A stretch of 64,000 bases of DNA from Sphaerodactylus townsendi. Its lineage: Eukaryota. The translations under genes and the position numbers were made by a program. Below, one piece after another: positions 24,881-35,900 of this stretch. The stretch spans positions 33,914,001-33,978,000 of the forward strand of contig NC_059437.1 of NCBI RefSeq assembly GCF_021028975.2, written 5' to 3'. The first letter of the stretch is position 1. Each line of letters begins with the position of its first letter. The notes below the pieces were generated by a model that was not told the DNA's origin, did not search any database, and saw only the letters and a program-made list of their open reading frames with translations.

Positions 24881-25671
24881 CAGGGTCGGCCTGATTAGGA
24901 TTTGGATGGGAGGTCCTCAAGGAATACCAAGGAACGCGACGTAGAGGCAGGCGATGGGAAGCCACCTCTGAACGTCTCTTGCCTTGAAAACCACAGGGTT
25001 GCCAAAGGTTGGCTGCAACTTGATGCCACTTCCCACCACCAAAAATCTGTGCAATTAGCCCAGCCGCGAAACAAAATAAGCTGATCCTGTGTTGTCCATA
25101 TCCTTTGCAGTATATTGCGATCCACATTGTGCCCAACCAGCTAATGAGCTTCGGGGATTCAACTGACCCTTGTGCCCTGTGTAGCCTACACAGCATCGGC
25201 AAGATAGGTGGGCCACAAAACAAGGCTTACTCAAAGTTGGTGTGTGACCTGCTTACTAAAAACCTGCAGATACCTGCAGACAGGTGAGTTGTACAGTCAC
25301 TTGCATTTATTATTTTTAATATGTGTTTCTCATTGAGACTGAAGTTGCAATTGCAGTGCAATTGGAGTAGGATGCAAAATGTGAAGACAATGCAAAAAGT
25401 ATTAGATGTGCAGAAAATGGTGTTGCATAACTTGAAGACAGTTCGGTGGGGGCAAGACAATACATACAGCAACCAGATGATATGGAAGCATTTGACTATG
25501 TTTGATCAAGTCATTGCTCTCCGCACCAGGCCTCTCTTGTTAATGTTGGTGGGAATGCTCTGTAGTGACCATCACCTTCATCTGCTCTTGGTTTCTTTTC
25601 ACAGGGTCTACATCAACTATTATGATATGAATGCTAGTAATGTGGGCTGGAATGGATCTACCTTTGCATAA
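24443..25671 (+). CDS. MIF: Macrophage migration inhibitory factor, 115 aa
   Basis: Exons 24443-24550 (108 nt), 25111-25283 (173 nt) and 25605-25671 (67 nt). Catalytic N-terminal Pro (MPM..), CALC motif, SIGKIG, C-terminal [10 protein letters not shown]. Confidence 0.98.
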
Positions 25672-25814
25672 GGCTCTTCATTGTGCACCTTCTCTCTATG
25701 GCCTGTAGCCTTTTTTATGCACGTCAACCACCATAGCACCTCCCCACTGCGAGCTCCTTGCTGGTCTCTTGTGTGCATCGTAGTTGTAACATTCCTCCAT
25801 GCCAGTAGAAAAAC

Positions 25815-25820
25815 AATAAA
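25815..25820 (+). terminator. MIF polyadenylation signal
   Basis: AATAAA 144 nt after the stop codon. Confidence 0.65.
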
Positions 25821-26580
25821 AACCTAGATGGATGTTGACTTTGCTGAAACTTTTTTAAAGGCAGCTTTGTGTCTCAAGGAGAAGAGATGAAATTAAAGAG
25901 GGGGGTTGATTCTATAACATTTGGGATGCCAAGGCTAGCTGCAGTGGGCAGTTGAGAGTCAAGCATAATTATTTCCAGTACAGAGTCTGAAAGTGGCTAG
26001 CTATGGCTGAGTGACCAGACCCGGCAGACTTCAATTGCTGTCTTAAGCATACTTTACCAGCATGTGAACCCTGTTATGTTTAGTAGAACTTCCTCTTAGG
26101 GATTTTGGGTGTCCATAAGCTAACAGTACCACATGGGATTGTGGGGTTGAAATGAACTTTCTTGGGCACCAGCACAAAGATAGGAATTCTTTCATATCCC
26201 CTCATTCCTAGTGATATATCATGGTACAATGATCCAGCTTCAAGACTGACCTCAATTCTTCTCAGTCAGGTACAGGACACAAATAAGTCTCCTAAGGGTT
26301 TTTATCCATGTGAAGATCATCCAGTAGTTATGCAGATGCAACTTGTTTGTTCAGTGCAGCATATACTGGCTCATGACACACTACAACAGGGGACCTTGCA
26401 GGTTCTACAGCAGCCTTTGCTTTCTGTTTTCCCAATTGTTCATGCCTGTTTCCACGGTGTGGCAGGCCCTAGAGGCAACAGAAAGGCTGTAGCTAGGATT
26501 TGGTTTAGACATTGTGCCAAAGAATAATTAATCTGCCTTTGTCTTTAAACCTTTGTCAGTATAATCTCTACAGATTATGA

Positions 26581-26822
26581 CCCTAACCCTAACTTATTAT
26601 TTTTATTTAATTTATTCAGTCATAAATTTGTTCGCAAAATTGTAACAGAAAATAAATAAAAATAATAGGGTTAAAACAAGGGCAGGGGCTCAGGCTTATG
26701 TGGAGTTCTAGGGTGCAGTCTGATAATAGGGCAATGGTCAGTTTTAGGTTTCGGGTTTTCGTTACAATTTTGGGAACAATTTATGACTGAATAAATTAAA
26801 TAAAAATAATAAGTTAGGGTTA
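26581..26822. repeat. AT-rich foldback (arms of about 68 bp) with telomere-like CCCTAA/TTAGGG termini
   Basis: Arms 26584-26652 and 26756-26822 are reverse complements with about 3 differences. Confidence 0.88.
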
Positions 26823-27228
26823 ACGGCAGAGGTGTAGCTGGTGAAAATTGAACCTAGGAAAAAAAACTGAGTTTTGCGCCCCACCCCATATGGGTGGCCA
26901 CCCTCCCCCATGAGCGAACAACATTTTTTTTGCATCAGGTCATCTCAAAGTCACCATCACATATAGAACATGCCCCAACACAGAAATCTGAACACACCCA
27001 GGGCTCCCTAGTTTAAACAACATTGAAAGTAATGCTATTTTTGAAGGGGGAAATCCACCCTGAAACAGCATCACGATTAATGTTGTTTAAACTAGAGAGC
27101 CCAGATTGTCCTTTTAAATCCACCTTAAAGGGAGACTCTGGGCTCCCTACTTTAAACAACATTGAAAGCGATGCTGTTTCAGGGTAGGACCCTCCCCCCT
27201 CCCCCACAAAGCATCATTTTCAATGTTT

Positions 27229-27510
27229 GTTGTGGGTTTTCTGGGCTGCTTTGCTGTGGTCTGATAGATCTTGTTCCTAATGTTTCACCTGCATCTGTGG
27301 CTGGTTTCTTCAGAGGTGTATCACAGAAGTCTGTTATACACTGTGTCCAGACTTCTTTTATAACAGACTTCTCTCTGTGATACACCTCTGAAGACGCCAG
27401 CCACAGATGCAGGTGAAACATTAGGAACAAGATCTACCAGGCCACGGCCACACAGCCTGTAAAACCCATAACAACCAGTTGAATCTGATTGTGAAAGCCT
27501 TCAACAATAC
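27229..27510. mobile_element. Penelope-like retroelement inverted pseudo-LTR fragment
   Basis: Inverted arms of about 110 bp (about 27229-27337 and 27360-27473), then a one-sided tail ...GAAAGCCTTCAACAATAC. Flanked by a TSD-like TTTCAAT(G/T)TTT. Confidence 0.8.
27385..27425 (+). ncRNA. Minimal type I hammerhead ribozyme motif (degenerate); mirror copy on the - strand at 27276-27316
   Basis: CCT-CTGAAGA-cgcc...ggt-GAAAC-ATT-AGG gives the CUGANGA and GAAA core boxes, stem I CCT/AGG and a stem II. The stem III palindrome reads ACAT rather than ACGT. Confidence 0.6.
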
Positions 27511-28441
27511 TTTCAATTTTTTTAAATCTAGGGAGCCCAGATTCTCCCTTTAAATCCACTCCAAAGGGGGTGGATTTAAAGAGAACCTGAGGAAAATTTG
27601 AGGGTGCATGTCGGGATCAATGTTTAAGCTAACAGTACCAAAATTTTAGGCTATCTTCAGGAGACTCTCCTGATGAAACCACCCAGGTTTAGTGAAGTAT
27701 GGTTCAGGGGGTCCAATGTTATGGACCCTCAAAAGGGTAGCCCCATCTACTATTAGTTCCCATTGGAAACAGTGGGGGATGGGGACACCGCTTTTGGGGG
27801 CCCATAAATTTGGACCCCCTGAGCCAACCTTCACCAAACCTGGGTGGTATCAGCAGGAGACTCTCTGGATGAAACCACCCAGGTTTAGTGAAGTTTGGTT
27901 CAGAAGGGCCAAAATTATGGACCCTGAAAAGGGTAGGCCCCTCTACCATTAGCTCCCATTGGAAACAATGGGGGATGGGGGCACCTCTTTTGGGTGTCCA
28001 AAATTTTAGACCCCCTTAACCAAACTTCACCAAACTTGGCTGGTATCATCAGGAGTGTCACCGGACAATAGCCTGAAATGTTGGTGCCGGTAGCCTAAAC
28101 ACTGCACCTCCTGCTAGCCAACAAAATAAAAACACAAAATACCCCCCAAAATTAGAAATGTGCCTACATTTTTCTGCGCCCCCAATTGTGTGCACCTGGG
28201 ACATTTGTCCACGGATGTCCCCATTGTATCTTTGCCTCTGCCAATATGGTGTGTGAGAGAAGGGGGTAGACTGGGGTTGGACCTTGAACTACTGCCAATC
28301 AGGCAGTAGGCAGAGAGAATGGCTTACAAGAACCAGGCGGTGCAGTCCAGTCACCTAGGGGAGCTCAGTCTCCCAGAGCACACGCTTTGCCTAGTGAAGG
28401 TTCCAGGTTCACTCCCTGGCACCTTCATGTTAAGGCTAGAT

Positions 28442-28875
28442 CAGGGGTAGGGAACCTTTAACACTCAAAGAGCCATTTGGACCCATTTTCCACGGGAAAA
28501 GAAAACACTTGGAGCCGCAAATAATTTTTGACATTTAAAATAAAGATAACACTATGTATATAGGGGTTTTTTTACCTTTTACTCCGCTCATTCTGAGAAG
28601 CGCATGGATGCACCCGCCCTGCTGCCTGCAGGGCGGGCAAGGATAAAGCCGGCGGCTCGGCCTCGCTGGCCGCCGGGAAAATGCCCGCCCCGCTCTAACG
28701 GGGCGGGCAAGAGGGGAAGCCCGCGGCGCGACCCAGCCAACCATGGGCAGTTGATGCGCCCACCCTGCTGCCTGCAGGGCGGGCAAGGATGGGGCCGGCG
28801 GCTCAGCTCGTGGAGCCACAGTGCAAGGGCAGAAGAGCCGCATGCAGCTCTTGAGCCGCAGGTTCCCTACCCCTG
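28442..28875. mobile_element. Young non-autonomous hAT element
   Basis: TIRs CAGGGGTAGGGAACC / GGTTCCCTACCCCTG; perfect 8-bp TSD GGCTAGAT; undecayed CpG-rich interior with a repeated CCCTGCTGCCTGCAGGGCGGGCAAGGAT block. Confidence 0.9.
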
Positions 28876-29499
28876 GGCTAGATAAATAAAAGACCACTGA
28901 ATGAACCGGCGGAAGGACTCGGGGCGGGGGATTGCAGATCATCGTTTTAGCTTGCTGTTCTGGGACTGGATGGATATCGAGTGTCCTCCTGGGTTTCCCT
29001 AGCCAGCTGTTAAGCGGGCGCGGCATAAGGAGGCCAGCAGCCGAAGAGCACTTGAGTTGTGGCAACCATGAACCACGAATGCCTTGGAGCTGGTCCCTTA
29101 GATCCACCCCCCACCCCGGACGGCACACCGTCTCATCCCTCACAAAAGGAATCGTGGGAATCACCTGGACCGCATATGTCATCAGACGTCGCTGGTGTAC
29201 ACGAGTGGGTCAGGGGACCGAGTGGGTCACATGGATTTATTCGACTGAGTTGGAGGGGCTATTGGCTGCCTTGTATGTTGGTGAGGACGGATTTCAGGAG
29301 ACAGCCAAAAGGACGCAATTGGTCTCTGCACCTCGTGGTTTGCAGTTTCCCTGAAGGTCCATCTTGTTGATATGTGTCTTCTGCTTACTCCCACCAGCCT
29401 CGCGGTTGGCACGTGGCATTTCGCCTCAAAAAGCTTAGTTTCTGACCACCATATAAAAATTTACACGGAGTCTAGAGGCATTTTAGAAACTGATTACAA

Positions 29500-29930
29500 C
29501 ATAAATTAACGTCGTTAAGAGGCTGCTTTATACAAAGCCTTCGGCGTCTGCTATTGCGCTAGTTTATCGCTAATTTCGGTCAGTGAAAACGCTTCCCCCG
29601 CCCAACCCCCTCCCTTTGAACCTAGAAAAGCAATTATGGAAGTATATATATTTTGGGGTGCAGGCAGAGGAATTTCAATGAAGCCTACCCGCGCCCATCT
29701 GCTTCGTGCCAGCAGAGGAAACGGCCTTTAAGATTGGGACTCAAGCTGCCGCGAGTTTTAAATCCTAAATTCGAGCTGGCGCGCAATTCTGTCGTCATCA
29801 CTAAACGCCAACCACGGAAGTAGCTGATACGGCCTGTGATGGCGCTGTTCCTCGTCAACAGGTAAAGAACCACGTGCTATTTCAGGTGCGGGGGTTTGCG
29901 AGGGGGGCTGCACTCGGTAAGCCCTAAGAT
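29500..29930 (+). promoter_or_regulatory. CpG-rich housekeeping promoter of DDX51
   Basis: GC box CCCCGCCC near 29596, ETS-like CGGAAGT at about 29815-29821, E-box CACGTG at 29871-29876, elevated CpG. Confidence 0.65.
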
Positions 29931-32900
29931 AGGCAGGAGATAGATTCTCAGTTGCTTCTTATATGTTACTAACTATAAGGGAGGGTTATGTGGAATATGG
30001 ATAGGAAACCCTTTAGTTCCTATTACACATCTACATCATTGTACGTTTGGTTAGATCTTGCTATCTATCTGGTGTCTCACACGTTGTCATCTACCTCTCA
30101 TGTGTGCTCTAACAAAGAAACTGAGTTAACTTTATACCTTCAGATGGCCTGCTCACTAACATGTAAGCAATTGCTATCTCACTGACCAGTAGCTAATCAA
30201 TAGATCAGGTCATGAACAGTGACTTCAGCAACTTCTTACATACAAACAGTTAACCCTTTTATGACTGAGTTGCGACAATCACTTGAAAAATCCCAACATC
30301 GTGTCAGCAAAAAAACATAGAGCGTGTTCTTCAGTAGCCTGGATTAGTACCAGCAGTGATATTACTTTCTTCTGATAGGTTCTGAACGTTCGCTGTGTTT
30401 TTCCTTGTGGGAATTCCTTGGGTCGGTTTAATTTCCTGTGTTGTTTAGCAGCCACAGGAAACTAGTGGGGAAGGTTGACTTCTGTGAAAATAAAGTGAAG
30501 CACTCGCAGTATTCTGATATTTAAAAACTGCTTCTGTTTTCCATCTGATCTAAATAGCACAGTGATCTCCTGAGTTTAGTAGTAGATTGGATTGATATGA
30601 ATAAAGTTAAACTCAGTTCAGATGTAAAGGAAGAGTTTGTAGTGGAAATCCAGTCAGTCAGCTGGAAGACGGGAAAGCTTTTGGAGTGTGGAATCTCTCT
30701 TGTTAAGTCAGGTTTATTGCTTGGGGATGCTTCTGGTCCTGTACTTGAATTGTCAGGTAATAGATGTGATCAAGAGTACTTTTCTGTCAGCCTTGGCCAG
30801 TATACCTGTTTTGCCTTGGAATAGGCTACCTGAGGCCTTAATGAGGTAGAGACTAGAATACTGGACTGGGGCTGCCCTTGAATACAGTTCAGGAATCGGT
30901 GCGGGATGCCGCTGATGCTGGATGCAACGGTGTATTCATATGGGACGTATTTTGAAACCTCAACATTGGCTGCTGAAACTCATAGTTCTGATCTTTACCT
31001 ATAAATTCCTAAACAGTCTGGAACTGGTATGATGCTGGGAATATCTTCTCTCTTGCTCAGACCTCACACAGGTTTATCATCTATCAGTGAAATCTTGTTT
31101 CAAGTTCCATCCTCTGGGAAGGTCAACTTGGTCCCCACAAGATGCAAAGTTTTGTGTTTATGCATGTGTGGTTGCTGGGAAGCTTTTGGATTCTTTTCTG
31201 CCAACTGTTCTTTTGGCTTCCTCTGTGATAGCATGCTGTAAAAAGTTAAACAGGATGTTATAGCAAATGTATTTGGAAGATAGCTATGTGGTGGTTTGCT
31301 ACAGTTTTAGCTAATGTTCATTTGGGCTGTATTACCTTTTGTGTCAGTTCTAATGTATGGCTTGAAGGTGTTTAACGTTTTCCCTTTTGAGAGTAGAAGC
31401 TGAAAAGCTATTTAAAATTCTAAAACTAATAAACTTATCTCTTGTGGCTAATAGCTATAGACCTGACCCAGCTGATTTTTTTTCTAATTTTGCTTTGAAG
31501 ATCAATTAGAATAGGAGCTTTCACTTCATCTTGAGGCAGCAAATTATGCACATTAAGGATATGTGAAGATGTGCTTTCTTCCATGATTCCTGACAATGTA
31601 GCTGATCATTTCATTGGATGTCCCTGAATTCTGGCATTACTTGACACAGCAAAATCTCTCTATCCACACTCTCCATACACCGATAACTATGAATTTCTCC
31701 CATGTTCCCCTGTTTTTTCTTTTTCCAAAAAACTCCAAACAGTTTACTTTTTTTTGCATAAAGAAGGTACTCTAGTAATTCTTTTTGCTTCTTCCAGTTT
31801 TATGATATCATCTGTCTTGATGCAGGAGAGAAGATGGAGCATCCAGAACAGCATATAGCTGAGTTTGATATGACCCTAGAATATCTTATTGTGTTACATT
31901 CTGTACTGGCAGAACCTTATTGTGTTACATTGTGTACTGGCACATCTGAGTTACTGTTAAAGGCCTTTTGCTGCTTCTCTAGAACTTTATTGTGTCCAGA
32001 AACTGAAGTTCTTATTTGCAGCAGCCAAAAAGCACCTTTCTATACTATTATGGGACTTTTTTGACTCACTGATGATGTGCTTGTTGCAGTGTGGTTCTGT
32101 AAAACAACTGTAATAATTGTGAAATCCACAGGTACACTGGTGATGAAGAGAGTGAGCCAGAAGACCAGTCACAGGTGCTCTTGAAGCAGCTCCAGGAACG
32201 GGCAAGAGCACGTCAGCTGCAAAAACAGAAACAGGGTCGGCCAATTTCTGCAGAGCTAACAAGGCCGGATAATGAAATATCTAGCATTAACCCTGAGGAA
32301 GAATTAAAGCAGGAGACCAAGAAGAGAAAGAGGAGATCTAGTGATGGATCTCCTTGCACACAAGACCAGAGAAAGCAAAATAGGCAGCTACAAGCTGGCA
32401 AGAAGAAAAGTCCACCTGAGGAAAATGGTTTGAGTAAAAGCAGAACCCCAAAGAGCAGAGAAAAGTCCAAAAGGCCACCAAAAAGAACTGAAGCAGGTAT
32501 GTAAACAGAAGTTAAACCAACTTTTCAGGAGCAGTGCTTGGGGCCCTGTTAAAATTCCTGTTCCATCCTCATTGCACAATACACTATCATTTTTGCATCT
32601 GGAGGAGATTGCTTTTATGAGGGATTACTTTGACTCGCATGGTATTTTATGGATCGGTCCTGACATGCATAAAGAGCAGCTTGCAGGAGCAATCTACTTG
32701 TTCAAGCAACATAATGTTTCAGCCTGTGTCACGCTAGTCACACAGTAGTTTTGGAGCTCCTTCTGCAAACAGCACCAGAAAGCATCCGAGGAAGGGCAGT
32801 CTGCTTCATGCCATTGTGTCTTTCACAAGTCTTCTTGTGTGAGCAGCTGTTGATGATGAATTTTTCTACATTCTCTCCTTCCTTATGAATTTATCTCCTA

Positions 32901-35900
32901 GTTTCTCTCCTTCATGGTAAAGTAGATAGTTGTGTGCCTTGTTGACTTTGAGGTCAGTGGGATCTCTTTTCTATCTTTCTCTTTGGAGTCTCTCCCATAG
33001 GCATATGGAGGCATATCTTGGATTTGGCTACCCCTACCCCAAATTTGCTTTTGATTTTTGTAGTCTTTTGTGGCATGATGCCTCTGAAATTTGCTGCAAG
33101 AACCTTTTTCTCTTTTTGTTCCTCCAGATTCAAATAATGTGTTGTGTTTATGTTTTCTTACCAAAATGGTGGCCAACCAGGAAGGAATAGCAGCTTGGAG
33201 AGTCATCTGGACAGTGGCTGTACAGCGGCAGGAGAAAAAGGGGATACACTTGGAGAGACAGACAGCCAAAGAAGAGAGGAACAGAAGACATTGAGTCAGA
33301 GACAAGTTGTTCCATCTTCTCACATGATTGTCCTTGGCACTTCTGATCAAAAGGCTGTACAGAAGGTAACTACTGTCTGGAGCTGATTGCAAGTATTCTT
33401 TATACCCAGTGTTTCAGATTCTGAATGGAAGCAAACTGACAGAAGTGGTATATGCTTCTGGGTAGTTTATTGACGATCAGAATAGTTAGATGGCTATTTG
33501 CTAAAGCATTGTCTTAACTCTCCTCTAACTCACTGAAGGTAGACGCACATATCTGCTCTGTCTCCTTAATCAGTGCCACATTTTAGGCTGGAGAGGAGTA
33601 TCATTAAAATGTATTTTGAAAAGCAAGTTTTCAATTTGGAGGCTCTAGGGAGCACTTTGGCCGACTATGGACAATGTGTCTACTGCACAGTGGGGGCAAA
33701 TGTCCATCTCAGTAAGGTTTCTTGTACAAGCCTATTTCCTGGAGCCCTGCTTTTCCTTTCCATTCTCTCCATGGCAAGTTACACCACTTCTGGCACGACT
33801 TTTAATTTGCTTTGCTGCCAGAGCAGGGAGATTGGGAGGAGTGCTGCCAGAGCAGGGAGATTTTCCAGTGTGCACAACTTTGCCCTGGGCATCCTCTGTC
33901 CATGGTCAGCCTTCCCACTCCCTTGCGCTGCCATCCACACCCTCCCCCTCACCCCCTATTCCATATTGCTAGCTCCTTCCTGCTTCTAAATTCTCATATA
34001 GATATATCAAGATATCAATGTAATAATAACAGAGACAAAAATACGTTTGCAAGGAACAGTATAAGCAGAGTCTCTTTTTAATTCCATCCCACCTCTCCAA
34101 TTCTGATTCTGCCCTCCCTGATGATCAGGAGGGCTTTTTAAAACTTCATTTCAAATAAGACTGTATTTTAAAACAAGCCTTTTTCTTCTATTGTGGCAGC
34201 AGCAGCAGGGAGAGAGAGAGAGGGAGGGAGGGAGGGAGGGAGGGGAGAAAATAGCTATAGTCTTGAGAGTGTGATGAGATCTGTGCCCTTAAGGCTAAGT
34301 TATTGGGCAGAATTAAGAGAACCAGGAGAACAGAGGCCTGGCAGAGTTCAGCAGGCAAACTGCGCTGCAAGTTGTGGGCTGCCTCCTCATTTGTAAACAG
34401 AAAAATGTGAGGAGACCCCACTACAAGCCCACTGCACTGTAAAGAGCCCTGAGGTAAGCATTCCATGCATAATGGGCCAAAGGCTTCAAGACAAATACAA
34501 AATATGTTTTGTGGTTCTTTACTATCAGTAGTTGACAGAGGGGCACAGCCATATATGTGCTTCTTTGGGTCAGAACGAGTTTCAGTGTGTTGCCCATGTG
34601 ATTTACAGGTACAACCTTTTTTGCCACAATGGCTTGCTCAGCCCAAGCTAGTCCAGAAGAGGATCAAAGACAACCTTGTCCCACTTCAGAACATTCCAGA
34701 AATCCACCCTAAATTGAGGAAGAAACTGCAAGCAAATGCAATAGAATCTTTGTTTCCAGGTATCTTGACCAGGTGGATGATTTCTTATAACAGGAACATC
34801 TTCTTTTATTTAATATTCTGTCTGTAAAGTTTCCAAGATGTATTTAGTCGATGGCCAAAGCCTGGGAGATGGGCGCAGAAGGGTTGCTACTAGCTGGTGG
34901 GGATTCTGGGTTGGCTAAATCTTCGTGGGGGTTGCTTGTACTTTTGGAGCTCAGGTCCCAGGGTAGACTTCGTCCAGTCTGAGTTACAGGGAGGGAGTTG
35001 ATACTTTCTGGTTGCCTGTAATGGGCCTCTTTCAGAAGTAATTGAGGCCTTTTTTGTGTGGGCCGGCCTTCGGAAATCAGAGCATAGGAAAGGGTTTTAA
35101 TGTCTCCCAAGATTTTAATTGAACTAGGATTATGTTTTGTTTCATTTGTTGAACATTTTGGGCATGAACTGTACTCTGTCCCATCCACCGCCATTTCCTG
35201 GACCTCCTTCCTTACAGAATGGATCCTAGTAGCTAATGCCTCCTGGCCCAAATGCCAAGCCGGACCTGTGGGGCAGTGGCTTGCTGGGCCCGGCAACAGC
35301 CTCCCTATTCCTTCCCCCCCCCCCCCCCGGCACTGTCCCATCACAGCAAACACCAAACCTGGCCCAGTGGGACAGCAGGGGCAGGCTGCCTAGCAACAGC
35401 CTCTCCATTTCCACCCCCCTGCCACTGCCCCAATCACCAACCCAGCCCCCCCCTCCCCCCCACTCATTATTTGCTCACCCAACTGCTCATAATCCTTTGG
35501 GACTATTTTCTACTGCGGAAGCACTCACTTCTTCTGAATCACTATTGACCATACTTTTATCTCTTAGTGGGAGAGCATATAGAATTGTTATTAAATATCT
35601 AACTATAGCACTGGATTTGAGTGTGTCATCTTACTCTGGGATTTGTCTGTTCTGCAGTTGATTATGGGGGGATTAAAGCTGATGAGCACATTTGTATGTT
35701 GGGGTGAGCGAATTGTCTTAGAAGTTTGGTTGGGGTATGCAGTGTATGACCTACAAGATCCGGAAAAGTAAACTCATCCTAGTTCTTGAGGGCTTTATGT
35801 TCTGCACTTCCTTGCATTCTCTCTCTTTCCATTTCAGTTCAGGCAGAGGTGATTCCAGCCATTTTGGAGAGCACATCTGGTGGGTTTTTGACCTCAAGGC

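Larger units (their letters stand above)
26827..28240. mobile_element. Composite non-autonomous DNA-transposon-like element with internal 196-bp tandem units and a nested Penelope fragment
   Basis: Imperfect TIRs CAGAGGTGTAGCT / ATCTTTGCCTCTG. Two diverged units at about 27660-27855 and 27856-28053, each with internal dyad symmetry. No clear TSD. Confidence 0.5.

Noticed and set aside
25321-25604. ORF running through MIF intron 2 in frame with exon 3
   Set aside because: There is no homology or promoter evidence, and retention of the intron from exon 2 meets a stop immediately (AGG TGA). It is likely chance.
28535-29354. Long ORFs (215 aa on -, 140 aa on +)
   Set aside because: They run through a GC-rich hAT element and CpG-rich flank, show no recognisable domain, and are explained by low stop-codon density.
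34760-34770. Donor GTATCTTG resembling a U12-type 5' splice site
   Set aside because: It deviates from GTATCCTT, and the acceptor has an ordinary polypyrimidine tract without a clear U12 branch site.
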